A stretch of 64,000 nucleotides of DNA, taken from NCBI GenBank assembly GCA_965237675.1, contig OZ250150.1, forward strand, positions 384,001-448,000, written 5' to 3'. Both the position numbers and the translations under genes were made by a program. The stretch comes from Candidatus Latescibacterota bacterium (GTDB lineage Bacteria > Latescibacterota > UBA2968 > GCA-2709665). Below, one piece after another: positions 19,653 through 30,219 of this stretch (positions within the stretch are counted from its first letter, which is position 1; every line of letters starts with the position of its first letter). The notes under the pieces are model-generated. The model made no database searches. It was not told the DNA's origin and saw only the letters and a program-made list of their open reading frames with translations.

Positions 19653-21063
19653 ATGACGCCTGAAGCGATTCTGAACAAGGTCTGCGATTCGATCGACGTG
19701 CTGATTGAGGCGGGGAAACCCTTTGACGGTTTGTTTCCGTCCCTGCTGGACCTGGAAACTCACCGGATGTTGGACGGAACTGCCTCCGCCGATTCAGGGG
19801 CAGCGGATGGGTGACCGCGCCTTTCTGGGTAGCAATCTGATGCACGACCAGCACGTGCTCAAGATCATGTACGCGCTGGACCGCGACGGGTATCCGGAAG
19901 CGGCTGACCGGTATCTGCGACGGTTTGCGACCCATTGCACGGATACGGTTACCGGTCTGTTCCCGTGGGGCGAGCACGCGTACTGGCACCTGGAGGAGGA
20001 CCGGGTCGGCGACAGCCACCGGCTGGCCGTTCCCGAAAAGGAACCCGGGACCACGTTACACGACCATCTGCGGCAGGCACCCGTCTGGTTGTGGGAAGAG
20101 CTGTATGGATTCAACCCCCGGTGTGTCGAGCGATTTGCCGAAGGGCTGGATTACCACTACAAGGACGGGGAGCCGCGGGAATATATCCGTCACGCCCACA
20201 TCGAACGCAAAGAGCGTCTCGAACGCGGGCCGGAGTCGACGGATTTCCCGCGTCACGGGGGGTTTTACATTCTGGACTGGTCGTTCGCCCACGCGAAGAC
20301 GAAACGTGGGGATTTTCTGAGACAGATCCGGATTATGCTGGATTACTGGTGGCCGCGACGGGACCCGACCGGTCTACTGCTGTCCAAGACGAGGTGTCCT
20401 CAAGCGTCGGCGCGCATGCACAACGCGAACACCCCGCCGCAGACGGTTTCCCTCGCGGCCAGCCTGCTGGAGGCCGCTGAACTCCTAGACGGAAGTTCGC
20501 GAGGATTGATCGACCGTATGCGGAAGCGTGCCGGAGTGTATATCGAAGGCTTTCTGTCGGCCCCTCACGATCCGGACGCGGGTGTTTTTGTGTCTGCATG
20601 CCGGCGTCAGACGAATGAGGTCTTGAGCACGACCCCGGTTTGGGGAAGCGTATACGGGAATTGGCCGCTGGCCTACGTGGCTCTGATCGCCCTGTGCATC
20701 TATCGGTTGACGGAAGATGAACGGCTGATGAACTGGGCGGACCATGCCGGACGCTGGTATTTGAAAACCCCCTTCCCCGAAGGCGTACCGGTCCCGGCAA
20801 TGGATGCGGGGCTCGCGGTCGAGTTGCTGGCTGACCTTTACGATCTGACCGGCGACTCGTATTGGCTGGAACGAGGCCTGGAGATGTCAGAGTCGCTGAT
20901 CTCCATCTATATGGACGGAGATCTCATACGGGGCGCGGCGGGCATCTCCTGGTACGAGTCCCAGATGGTTCCCGGGGACCTGCTGCACGGGTTGGCGAGG
21001 CTTGCATTGCTGGGCCTGCACGGGGATGAATGTCCGTTGGATGCGAACTACACCGCGAAGTGA
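19653..21063 (+). pseudogene. alpha/alpha-toroid (six-hairpin / PL2-like) hypothetical protein split by a frameshift
   Basis: ATG 19653 with AAGGA RBS gives MTPEAIL...GLFPSLLDLETHRML; continues as TELPPPIQGQRMGDRA... only if one G at 19772-19773 is removed. Confidence 0.6.
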
Positions 21064-21071
21064 GGCGCGAA

Positions 21072-22121
21072 ATGAGCGTGAGGACGTTCAAACTGTGGGC
21101 GGGAGGCGATGCGCATGTGGGCACGGACCTGGCGGCTGGCAATCGCCGGAGCCTGGCCGAGGCGATCCTGCAGGCCGAAGGGGGCGGCGCCGGGGGCGGA
21201 CCTCCGTTCGATTGGGACATGATGCTGGATATAGGGGACCTGTCGGGGTCGCAGACGCCGCCGGACGACGAGGAAGGTCAGGAGGTGGTGAGACAGTACA
21301 GCGCATCGACCGGACATCCCCGGGAGGATTTCTACAACATTGTGGGCAACCACGACGCCAGCGGACCGGACGAGCCTTGCCAGTGGTGGTTCCGGAAGTG
21401 GGTGGACCCCACGGGCGAGCATACCGAATATTCCGGAGTCCATGCCGGCCGGCGGCCGTATCCGATCGAGGGAACCTGGGAGCGGTATTCGTTTCAGGTA
21501 GGGAATATCCTGTTTCTGGCGATGGGAGACCGCAACGACAGCGGGCCTCCGGTGGGTCGGGCCGATAGAGGTGGATTTCCAGCCGGCGCGGTGACCCGGG
21601 AAACGTTCGAGTGGTGGACAGAGAAGGTGGAGACGAATCAGGATAAGATCATCGTGACGGCGCACCACCATATGTTGAAGGAAACGACGGTGGCGTCGGG
21701 ACCCTGGGAGGGCGTGGACGGAGGATACCACGGGCGGTTTGAAGACGGGGCACCGATTGGCGCATCGTACCTCTATTTCGTGGGGGGGCAGCCCGACGCC
21801 GGCGTGTTCGAATCGTACCTTGAGGCGCATCCGGGTGCGATCGATCTCTGGCTGGGGGGTCATACCCATACGAATCCGGACGACACCCACGGCGGGCGGT
21901 CGCACCTGGAGCGGAAATGGGGCGTGACCTTCCTCAACGTGGCGGCGATTTCGAGACATCACGGGAAAAAGAACATTTCCATGAGCCGGCTGCTGACGTT
22001 TTCGGAAGCGGCGGCGGAGGTCAATATAAAATGCTATCTCCATATGAGCGATTACGCGCCTCGGGGTTGGTACGACAGTGCGGAGCGGTCGGCGCCGCTG
22101 CGGAAGGCATTTGCTTTCTGA
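21072..22121 (+). CDS. calcineurin-like metallophosphoesterase
   Basis: GDAH, DIGD, GNHD, HH, GGHTH metal motifs. Confidence 0.85.
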   Translation: MSVRTFKLWAGGDAHVGTDLAAGNRRSLAEAILQAEGGGAGGGPPFDWDMMLDIGDLSGSQTPPDDEEGQEVVRQYSASTGHPREDFYNIVGNHDASGPDEPCQWWFRKWVDPTGEHTEYSGVHAGRRPYPIEGTWERYSFQVGNILFLAMGDRNDSGPPVGRADRGGFPAGAVTRETFEWWTEKVETNQDKIIVTAHHHMLKETTVASGPWEGVDGGYHGRFEDGAPIGASYLYFVGGQPDAGVFESYLEAHPGAIDLWLGGHTHTNPDDTHGGRSHLERKWGVTFLNVAAISRHHGKKNISMSRLLTFSEAAAEVNIKCYLHMSDYAPRGWYDSAERSAPLRKAFAF

Positions 22122-22239
22122 TGTACGACTGACGCTATAACCTGCCTGAAGACGTCCTCTGGCAACCGGTCAACGTCGATGGCTTCACAATCCAACAGCA
22201 GGCAGTTCAAGGCGTTGTTGGCGAAGCGCGGAGCAATGG

Positions 22240-23205
22240 ATGACGAAATTTGAGATCGAAGGACGCGACAAGAAGGGACCGATCCGGCTGAGGATTGAGG
22301 TCGACAACCCGTTCGAAGGCGGCGGGCGCTGGCTTCGGGGCGGTCTGCATTCCCACGTGGCGCAGATGGGCGAGTCCCACAGAGTTTGCGCGCACTACAT
22401 GAACCTGGGATTCGATTTCCTCGCGACGACCGATTATCTGAGTATCACGCCAATGCCCGAGGCCACGGATGCATTTGTGACCGTGCCTGGAGCGGAAGTT
22501 TTCTGCCCCGAAGGGGACGATCTGACCCACATTATCTGTCTGGGCCTGCGGCATCTGCCGCGGCCGCTGGACGGCACGGTGGAGGATGTCTCCCGCCTGG
22601 TTCGGGACACCGAGGCGCAGGGCGGGCTGGCGGTTATGGCCCACCCCGCCTGGAGCGACTACTCATGGGCGAAAGCCTATGCCCTGGCGAGGTCCGGGGT
22701 CGTCGGGCTGGAGGTAAGCAACCGGTTGACCTGGCAGATCAACGGCAAAGAGCGTTCCGAGGAACTCTGGCAGATGCTCATTAACGCCGGGGTCCGCCTG
22801 GCCGCGATCGGCGTGGACGATGCGATTGTGCTGGAGGACGCGGACGTGACGGGGCGGACCTGGACCGGTGTGCTTGTACGCCGACCCGGCGTGGAGGGGA
22901 TTCTGGAAGGGATTCGTTCCCACCGTACGTACGCCAGCGAGGGGCCCGAGATTCACGATATCCGCATCGAGACACGGGGTGCGATTGTCGTGGAATGCAG
23001 CCCCTGCACGGCGTGTCACTTCCGGTCGAAAGGGTTCGGCGTCCGCAGCGTCCAGGCTGCGGCGCCTTCGAAACGGTTCGAGGTGGACCTGACCGTGGAC
23101 GGTTACCGCATGCGGGACTGGGTATTCGCTTGTGTGGAGGACGAATACGGGCGCCGGGCCTGGACCAGCGCCATTCCCGTCCGTGTTGAAAAGACAACCC
23201 TGTAA
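22240..23205 (+). CDS. PHP-domain (CehA/McbA-like) metallohydrolase
   Basis: WLRGGLHSH, DFLATTD, GAE, HI, AHP.WS, GVDDA, YASEGP. Confidence 0.75.
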   Translation: MTKFEIEGRDKKGPIRLRIEVDNPFEGGGRWLRGGLHSHVAQMGESHRVCAHYMNLGFDFLATTDYLSITPMPEATDAFVTVPGAEVFCPEGDDLTHIICLGLRHLPRPLDGTVEDVSRLVRDTEAQGGLAVMAHPAWSDYSWAKAYALARSGVVGLEVSNRLTWQINGKERSEELWQMLINAGVRLAAIGVDDAIVLEDADVTGRTWTGVLVRRPGVEGILEGIRSHRTYASEGPEIHDIRIETRGAIVVECSPCTACHFRSKGFGVRSVQAAAPSKRFEVDLTVDGYRMRDWVFACVEDEYGRRAWTSAIPVRVEKTTL

Positions 23206-23223
23206 TTACTGGAGAGGGGCAGG

Positions 23224-25239
23224 ATGAAAAGGACCATTCGAAGGACCGCGATGCTGCACTTTGAAGAGGCCAGCTATTCCCGGGACTACGTTAAATGGGT
23301 CAGCGAGGAGGGTTTTACGGACATTGGATTGGGGCTGAAACCCGACGACGACAAATTCACCGGACAGGGGTACGTCTGGGAGAAGGTGTGCCGGCTGGCA
23401 GAATGGGCCGAGGAATTCGGCCTGGGTGTAATCGTGTTTACGGGATACATGAAATACCGGGAGACGTTCCTGCGGACCCACCCGGAACGCAGCCTGGTGT
23501 GCATCGGCGGAAGCGGTACGGCCCTTGACAGCGACAAACTCGTGATGACCAGATGGCTGTGCCCGTTCCAGCCCAAGAACAAGGCCGAATACGTGGATCT
23601 GATTCACAGAGTGATCCGGCTGCCGGCGCTGCGGGAAATCCATCTCAACGACGAGGCCGAGATCGGGTTTTCCAATGGCGACGTGGGCTGCTATTGCGAC
23701 CATTGCGTGGCGGCATACGAACGCGAAACCGGCGGTCCGCCGCCCCGGGAGGTCGATTGGGCGTCCCCGGCCTGGTGGCGGTGGGTGCAGCATCGCATGG
23801 AGGCCTGGACCGCGGTTCACGCCTATTTTCGCGAGGAAATCAAGAAGGTGCGGCCCGACGTCGTCGTGGGCATCCAGCATTCGCCGAAGGTTGTGACCTT
23901 TAACGACAACCCCTGGCTGTCGGGCATCGATCTCTCTCGTGACGCGGAGGCCATGGACGTACTGTGCACCGATCCGTACCACCACATCCACTATTCCCAC
24001 TTCACCTATCGTCCCATGCGCCGGATTCAGGCGGAGGCGACGCGCGCGTTGGCCGGAGCGACCATCGCGCGTTCCCTGTTCATCTATCCCCAGGGTTTCA
24101 TGCCGCCGTCAGGGAGCCTGGAAATGACGCGCCGGGACGGGTTCATGGCCGGGACGGTTCCCTTCGCGCTGGGCGCGGAGAATATCTCGCCCTATACGTT
24201 CGATCTTTGCCAGATCATTCCGGGGTACTACGACGGGCTGAAGGAAGCCTCGCGGCTGATTCCCTATTTCGAGAAAACCCGGCCCTACAGCGCCGCCACT
24301 GTGATCAAGCCTTCCCAGACGGAAATCTACGGGTATCCTGGGAAGCACTGGGGACGCGACGTCCTGGCCATCTGGCCGGACGTGATGAACCAGGTCGGGC
24401 TGCCCTGGCGATGGGTGTTCGACCGGCGGCTTCCGGATGCGGGCGGGGCGTTGAGCGGCCCGGTGATTCTGCCTGAGACCCACTGTCTGACACGGGAACA
24501 GCGCGCCGTACTGAACGCGCACGCGGAGGGTGGCAACGGGCTGCTCTGGGTGGGCCGGACGCCGGCCGGGGAGTGGTCCGGCGAAGGCGCGTATCCACCC
24601 CCGCCCGGCGCCGCTGCAGGGCTTTCAGAGTTGAAGCCGGTCGTTTCCGATCACCCGGTTCTGGAGGGCATCGACGCGCCCATCATGCTGGGGTCGGCGT
24701 TTATGGAACCCGGTCTCGAAGGAGAGACAATCGCCCAAGTGGACGGACGCCCGGCGCTTGTAGCGAGCGAGTCCGCCGGTCGACGCGAGATCTGGATGGC
24801 GGGTACGCCCCTGTTCAACTACGTGGAGCCGGGAGATCACGGAGCGGTTCGCACTCCCACGGGTGGGATGACGCTGCTGCGGAACGCATTGGCCTGGTTG
24901 TCCGGAGAAGCTCCCGCGGCCAGGCTGTGGCCCTATCCTCCCAGGAACGACTATGGAGACCTGCGCCCCTGGGACCGGCGCGACGTGCCGACGATGGAGT
25001 TGTTCCCCATGTCGGGAGACGGTTGTCTCGTCTGTCTGATTTTCAACTATCTGGGGCTGGCTTACGAGACCAACCTGGTGATGCGGGTGCCGCAAGGGTC
25101 GTCAGCCACGACACTTGTGGATATATATTCAGGCGAGGATCTGATGACCTCCGCGGAAGTCGAGGGGCGGATCGTGAGGCTGCCAGTGACGATGCCCGGC
25201 GACAGGGATTTCATGGCGGTTGAACTGCTCTGGGATTGA
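23224..25239 (+). CDS. putative glycoside hydrolase (GH42-like TIM barrel plus trimerisation-like domain), paralog 1
   Basis: LNDEAE followed by CYCDHC, TDPYH; no signal peptide; close paralog at 51819. Confidence 0.6.
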   Translation: MKRTIRRTAMLHFEEASYSRDYVKWVSEEGFTDIGLGLKPDDDKFTGQGYVWEKVCRLAEWAEEFGLGVIVFTGYMKYRETFLRTHPERSLVCIGGSGTALDSDKLVMTRWLCPFQPKNKAEYVDLIHRVIRLPALREIHLNDEAEIGFSNGDVGCYCDHCVAAYERETGGPPPREVDWASPAWWRWVQHRMEAWTAVHAYFREEIKKVRPDVVVGIQHSPKVVTFNDNPWLSGIDLSRDAEAMDVLCTDPYHHIHYSHFTYRPMRRIQAEATRALAGATIARSLFIYPQGFMPPSGSLEMTRRDGFMAGTVPFALGAENISPYTFDLCQIIPGYYDGLKEASRLIPYFEKTRPYSAATVIKPSQTEIYGYPGKHWGRDVLAIWPDVMNQVGLPWRWVFDRRLPDAGGALSGPVILPETHCLTREQRAVLNAHAEGGNGLLWVGRTPAGEWSGEGAYPPPPGAAAGLSELKPVVSDHPVLEGIDAPIMLGSAFMEPGLEGETIAQVDGRPALVASESAGRREIWMAGTPLFNYVEPGDHGAVRTPTGGMTLLRNALAWLSGEAPAARLWPYPPRNDYGDLRPWDRRDVPTMELFPMSGDGCLVCLIFNYLGLAYETNLVMRVPQGSSATTLVDIYSGEDLMTSAEVEGRIVRLPVTMPGDRDFMAVELLWD

Positions 25240-25259
25240 CGTTTCAGTGTTGCTGGCCG

Positions 25260-25350
25260 AATGACGTTCGTTGCACCTATCGAAGCGTGGTCATTGCGTG
25301 CGTTGAGCTTGTCGAAACGGCTTGTCGAAATGCCCGTATTTCGCTACCCG
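25260..25350. repeat. REP-like repeat (TGAGCTTGTCGAA family)
   Basis: Shares GTGGTCATTG, GAGCTTGTCGAAA and TGCCCG..TTTCGCTACCC with the 4745, 43350 and 56994 copies. Confidence 0.7.
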
Positions 25351-25479
25351 TGAGATGGAATTTCCACCGCCCCTGACGTCCCCAATCCCCTCCCTTTTAC
25401 CCCCTTCCTGAAGGAACGAGGGAACTGTCATCGGTTGAAGAGATATCGACGTTAAATAATCCGCGCGACACCCGGTTCT

Positions 25480-25561
25480 GCTCCCCCTCTCCCCCCGGGA
25501 GAGGGGGCTGGGGGGAGAGGTTCTCCCCCTTTCCTTTAGGAGAGGGGGCCGGGGGGAGAGG
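25480..25561. repeat. tandem purine/pyrimidine palindromic repeat (CTCCCCCTCTCC..GGAGAGGGGGCYGGGGGGAGAGG) x2
   Basis: Two adjacent ~40-bp units, each a hairpin followed by a G-rich tail. Confidence 0.7.
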
Positions 25562-25778
25562 TCACGGCGCTGGCGTGAATTTAATGGGCTTTGATTCAAG
25601 CTGACCGCAGATCACTGAAAGCTAATAGCTGTTCTATGCATAGAGAAGCTGGTAGCAAGAAAGGTGCGAGAGTACCACATTACTGGTAACATAATTTGTC
25701 TAACATTTGTTGCCCCTGCTGCAATGGAGCACGATGTAAACCTTAAGCTGCTCCCGTAAATACCGGAGGGATCGAACA

Positions 25779-26624
25779 ATGTCCGAACGAGCCGACGCGC
25801 ATATTCATCTGTTTGAGGGAGGCTACCAGGATTCCTTTGTGAAGCGGCTGGGCCGGCCCATCGATGAAGCCGTCGTTTACGCATCGCTGGCGAAGGATCA
25901 CGGGGTGAAGGCCGCACTGATCGTCGGCTATGCGGATGTCCCTTGGGCGGTGGAAAATACCCGCTTTCTTAAACAAATGGTGGCCGAGTACGACTGGGTG
26001 TATCCCGCGGCCTATTTCGATCCTTCGGATCCGCCGGCGATGGAAGACCTGGAGCAACTGAAAGCCGAGGGATTCGTGGGGTTGAGCTTCTATATATTCG
26101 GGCCGGAACGCGTGCGAGCGCTCCTGAACATATCGGATGAGGTCTGGCGTTGGCTGGCATCCAGCCGTTGGCTCGTCAGTGTGAATTCAAAAGGCAAGGA
26201 CTGGAGGGCATGGCAGGAGGTCCTGCGCCGACACCCGGAATTGCGCCTTGTCGTGTCCCACATGGGCCTGCCGCCGAGACAGGCCGAAACGCCCGACGCC
26301 GACGGTGCGAGGTCCGCGATGGACAGCGTGGTGGCGCTGGCCGGATTTGCTCAAACCAGGGTTAAGCTGAGTGGATTTTATGCGTTGACTGATCCGGGTC
26401 ACGATTATCCGAACCGGGCGGCCTGGCCTTACGTGGAAGCCCTGCTGGATGCCTACGGCGTCGAACGGTTGCTCTGGGCGTCGGATTTTTCGCCCTGCCT
26501 GGACTGGCTCACGTTTCCTCAAACTTACGGCCTGTTTTCCATGATGCCGTTCCTGACCGAAGCGGACCGGGAGCGGATCGAAGGGTCCAATCTTCTGGCC
26601 TTGCTGGATGAGGTCGCAAGGTGA
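25779..26624 (+). CDS. amidohydrolase family 2 protein
   Basis: DAHIH, SHMG, VKLSG, RLLWASDF. Confidence 0.88.
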   Translation: MSERADAHIHLFEGGYQDSFVKRLGRPIDEAVVYASLAKDHGVKAALIVGYADVPWAVENTRFLKQMVAEYDWVYPAAYFDPSDPPAMEDLEQLKAEGFVGLSFYIFGPERVRALLNISDEVWRWLASSRWLVSVNSKGKDWRAWQEVLRRHPELRLVVSHMGLPPRQAETPDADGARSAMDSVVALAGFAQTRVKLSGFYALTDPGHDYPNRAAWPYVEALLDAYGVERLLWASDFSPCLDWLTFPQTYGLFSMMPFLTEADRERIEGSNLLALLDEVAR

Positions 26625-26703
26625 ACCGGACGTCCGCATCGTGAAGGTGAAACGTACGACAGAATCACTATCGGACTCGGAAAGAAGCGACGGAGGTCTT
26701 GCA

Positions 26704-27696
26704 ATGAAAAAACTGGGCGTTGGGATTGTGGGCATCGGACACGCGGGACGGGAACACTTCACGGCGTTTGAGGAGAATCTCCACGCTGCAGTACGGGCGG
26801 TCTGGGCCCCCAGCCGAAGCAGACTCGACCTCTTCCCGGGGCCAACCGGTCTTTTTGCCTCGAGCTACGAATCGATACTGGAACGCGACGATATCGATAT
26901 CGTTTCCCTCTGCAGCCCCAACTACGCGCACGCCGATCAGGCGGTTGCGGCGCTCGAAGCCGATAAGCACGTGATCTGTGAGAAACCCCTGGCGACCACG
27001 CTGGAAGACTGCGAGCGGATCGTGCGGATGGCCGATACAAAACCCTCGCTCAAATTCATGGTGGGGCAGAGCGCCCGGTTCAATCCAATTTGCAAGACCA
27101 TTAAACGCCTGTACGACGAGGGAGAACTGGGAGAGGCCTTCTACGCGGAGGCGGATTATCTGCACAACATCGGGAAACGGATCAAGGACTGGTGGGCCGA
27201 CGACAAGAATCCGCACTTCGGACTGATGGGCGGCGGCGTGCACCCCATCGATCTCCTGCGATGGATCGTGGGAGATATCGATGAAGTATTCGCGATTTCC
27301 AACCATAAGGTGCTCGCCGACTTCCCCCACGACGACGCTTTCCTGATGAATTTCAGGTTTGAGAACGGATGCCTGGGAAAGATGGCCGCGTTTCTGGGAT
27401 GTCAGCGGCCCTACGAGTTGAATCTTGCGATTTACGGAACAAGAGGCACCGCGATCAACAACAGGTTGTATCTCAGCAAAGTCGAGGAACTGGAGGATTT
27501 TATCCGGTTGCCGATAACGATTCTTGCCGAGCACCCCACGTTCGGGGAAGAGATGGCGCATTTCGTGGAATGTATTCTGAACGACAAAAGGCCGATGATC
27601 GACGTGCGGGACGGCGCGAAGTCCGCGGCTACCTGCATCGCAGGAGGTGAATCCATCGAGACCGGCAAGCCCGTCCGCGTGAGAAACGCGTTTTGA
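26704..27696 (+). CDS. Gfo/Idh/MocA family oxidoreductase
   Basis: GIVGIG, CEKPLA, GVHPID; GGAGG RBS before ATG 26704. Confidence 0.9.
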   Translation: MKKLGVGIVGIGHAGREHFTAFEENLHAAVRAVWAPSRSRLDLFPGPTGLFASSYESILERDDIDIVSLCSPNYAHADQAVAALEADKHVICEKPLATTLEDCERIVRMADTKPSLKFMVGQSARFNPICKTIKRLYDEGELGEAFYAEADYLHNIGKRIKDWWADDKNPHFGLMGGGVHPIDLLRWIVGDIDEVFAISNHKVLADFPHDDAFLMNFRFENGCLGKMAAFLGCQRPYELNLAIYGTRGTAINNRLYLSKVEELEDFIRLPITILAEHPTFGEEMAHFVECILNDKRPMIDVRDGAKSAATCIAGGESIETGKPVRVRNAF

Positions 27697-27968
27697 TTTC
27701 CGTTCATTTGACGTGTATTATTCACGAAAAGAGATGGTTTCTTGAATAAACGATTGTTTTTAAAGAAATTCAGTGTTGACCATATAGACAACCTTAACGG
27801 GTGTGGGAACGGGGTGGTCAGAGTAATGTCGCGCAGTCTATGGTGGACGGATTCATCGCTGTAACCCCCAAAAGGGAGCATTTCTCGTGCTCTTGGTTTT
27901 TTGTCCTGTCTATCCTGTCCATCCATGTAAATTCCGGCTTTTGAATTGAAGAGGTTACGGAGGTTCCG

Positions 27969-28766
27969 ATGAAGCTTTCGCTGTCCGGTCGACTGATTGA
28001 AATGACGAAACAATCCTATGCGATGACGGTGGAAGAATTCCTGCAGCTTACCGTAAAAGCGGGCTATCAGGGGGTGCATCTGAGGGACGGGCAGATCGAT
28101 CACCTCTTCAGGGAGGAACGTTCCGACGAACTGGAAGCCCTCTTTGTCGAACACGGTCTGGGCTGCAGTATGCTCTGGGGACGGTTGGACTCCGCTTCGT
28201 TCGACGCGGAACTGACAAGGAAGAAACTGGCATTCCTGCGGCGGGTCGAACTGGATCAACTGATGATCGGGTACCCGACGGATATAGGATTGATCCGTGA
28301 ATGGTGCGACCTGGCGGCGCAGCAGGAAATCACGCTCGTCATCGCGTGCCACGTCAACAGCCTGTTTGAGAATATTCTTCGCGCCCGCGCTTTCATAAAG
28401 AAGGTTGACCGCCCGAATCTCGGACTGAATGTCGATCCCTTGAACATATATATGGCGGAACAGGACTACGGCCTGGCCACCCTGGAACAGGTTAAAGACC
28501 TGTTACGGATCGTCAACATACAGGGCGGCGTATTGCACCAGGGCGAGCAGACCATTCGCCGGTATTACCTGAAGACCACCCCGACGTTCCGCAGGGTCTA
28601 CCTGTGCGACGAGGATCATCTGGACATCCCCCGGTTTATTTCGGACTTGAAAACCGTCGGCTACGACGGTTATGTAAACGTCCTGGAGCCATATTCCAGG
28701 GACGATGATCTCTCACGCGTGGCGACGGATACGGCGCGATTGCTGCAAGGATATATCGACGGTTGA
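27969..28766 (+). CDS. sugar phosphate isomerase/epimerase (AP-endonuclease-2 TIM barrel)
   Basis: GYQGVHL, NLGLNVDPLN, GYDGYVNVLE. Confidence 0.78.
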   Translation: MKLSLSGRLIEMTKQSYAMTVEEFLQLTVKAGYQGVHLRDGQIDHLFREERSDELEALFVEHGLGCSMLWGRLDSASFDAELTRKKLAFLRRVELDQLMIGYPTDIGLIREWCDLAAQQEITLVIACHVNSLFENILRARAFIKKVDRPNLGLNVDPLNIYMAEQDYGLATLEQVKDLLRIVNIQGGVLHQGEQTIRRYYLKTTPTFRRVYLCDEDHLDIPRFISDLKTVGYDGYVNVLEPYSRDDDLSRVATDTARLLQGYIDG

Positions 28767-29082
28767 TTACCTGCGCCGGTATGCGGGTATCGTCACGAAA
28801 GCATCATGCACCGTGCGCTTTCTGAAGCGGAAAACAGAAAAGCGCCTGAATTTTCAACGATCCGTGACCGGTCCGCAATATTCTCGTAAGATTTTTCTTT
28901 TTGTTAACGGATCGGCGACAGGAACCGACGCAGCCCTCGCGGGATTTCCCGCGCACACGCTGAACGAACCCGCATTTGCCTCCGGCTATATGTACGTAGC
29001 GGTGGTACGTCCCAAGCCATTTTCGTTACGTGACCCCGGTTCGCACGACGTGGATTTTTCTTCGAACCAGGCTGAAAATCAC

Positions 29083-29126
29083 TTGACAAAGTTGATATCA
29101 TCCATAAATTGCTGTCATTATGACAG
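29083..29126 (+). promoter_or_regulatory. sigma70 promoter plus palindromic GntR/FadR-type operator
   Basis: TTGACA (29083) ... TAAATT (29105); perfect palindrome CTGTCAT-T-ATGACAG at 29112-29126. Confidence 0.65.
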
Positions 29127-29146
29127 AAGTGAAGCGGTCCGTCAAT

Positions 29147-29884
29147 ATGGACGAATTGAAACCGGTCTCCAGGGAGACGCTTGCAGACCAGGTTGTGTTT
29201 ATCTTAAAACGCTTTATTCTGGCCGAGAGACTCAATAAAGGCGATAGGCTGCCACCCGAACGGACCCTGGCAGCCAATCTGGGCGTCAGCTATCGGGTCA
29301 TTCGCGAGGCTCTGGCCGTTCTTGTCGGTGAAGGCGCCGTTACAAGGGAGCAGGGGCGCGGTACATTTGTCAGAACCGTGGACACCAACCCTCTCGAAAA
29401 CGGCCATCTCGATGTTTTCCCATCCATCTCCAACCGCACGGACATTTATGCGCTGCGCATTTCCGTCGAGATGGCGGCGGTCGGCATAGCGGCCGAAAAT
29501 GCGACGGAAGAAGACCTGGCGCATCTTAAGGCAATTGCCGACTTCAAGGCGCTGGACCTCGACCAGGGTATGATGGCGTATGAAATTCGCTTTCATCGCG
29601 CCCTGTTGCGGGCAACGCATAACCCGGTGCTGCAACGATGTGCAGACCTCATTACCGAGGCGTTGCGCCTGAAAGCCTACGATATAGACAGCCCTGTTTT
29701 TGGCGAGCGCCTGTCTGCTCGAGATTCCGGAAGGATTGCCGTAGCCGAGCATCGGGAAATTGTCAACGCGCTTTATGCACGGGATGGCGAGAAGGCGACT
29801 GCGATTATGTATAATCAGATGGCCAGCGTCCGCGCCCTGATCCTTGCTCTGGAGGTAAAAAATGATCACGCTGGCCATCAATGA
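29147..29884 (+). CDS. FadR/GntR family transcriptional regulator
   Basis: GDRLPPERTLA..LGVS..VIREAL...GRGTFV HTH; FCD motifs FHRAL..ATHNP, EHREI. Confidence 0.92.
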   Translation: MDELKPVSRETLADQVVFILKRFILAERLNKGDRLPPERTLAANLGVSYRVIREALAVLVGEGAVTREQGRGTFVRTVDTNPLENGHLDVFPSISNRTDIYALRISVEMAAVGIAAENATEEDLAHLKAIADFKALDLDQGMMAYEIRFHRALLRATHNPVLQRCADLITEALRLKAYDIDSPVFGERLSARDSGRIAVAEHREIVNALYARDGEKATAIMYNQMASVRALILALEVKNDHAGHQ

Positions 29885-29925
29885 AAGCCGAACATCAGAA
29901 ATTACCCGTAGACAACGGACAACCA

Positions 29926-30120
29926 CTGGTGTTCTGTCCATGAAATAGATTGCCGAAATTCGGCCGATCAGAAGCAGCAAAAACAGCTCTCAGCCGTCAG
30001 CTTGAACCAAAAACCCAATCAGTTGACATCAGCGCCGTGAAGAGACGAGACCAGAACGGGCGCAGCGAGACGGGATGAATCGGCGGATGAATAGTAACAT
30101 ATTTCTGGGACGGGACACTG
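29926..30120. mobile_element. MITE (family B, IS630-like ends), copy 1
   Basis: Ends CTGGTGTTCTGTCCATGAAATA / TATTTCTGGGACGGGACACTG; shares AAATTCGGCCG and GCGAGACGGGATGAATCGGCGG with 37511-37678. Confidence 0.65.
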
Positions 30121-30219
30121 CGAGGAGGTGATAGACCGAAAGGATTGAGGGATGTTTTGCAAAAGGGCACCGGGGAGTCCGGATGTCGCGTGTGACATCG
30201 GAACAAAAGGAGGTTGTGT

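Noticed and set aside
17577-19763. 728-aa minus-strand ORF
   Set aside because: Antisense shadow of well-supported + strand genes; typical of high-GC codon bias; no motifs
22125-22242. Short open frame YNLPEDVLWQPVNVDG... between genes
   Set aside because: No start codon or recognisable homology; cannot be supported as a gene fragment
27903-27931. CCTGTCTATCCTGTCCATCC short internal repeat
   Set aside because: Single half-element with no partner in the window; too little evidence to call
28950-29015. Partial resemblance to a c-di-GMP-I riboswitch (GCCTCCGGC...GTAGCGG)
   Set aside because: Lacks the GGCAAAC/GNRA P2 stem and the GCAAA linker; an Rfam/Infernal scan would settle it
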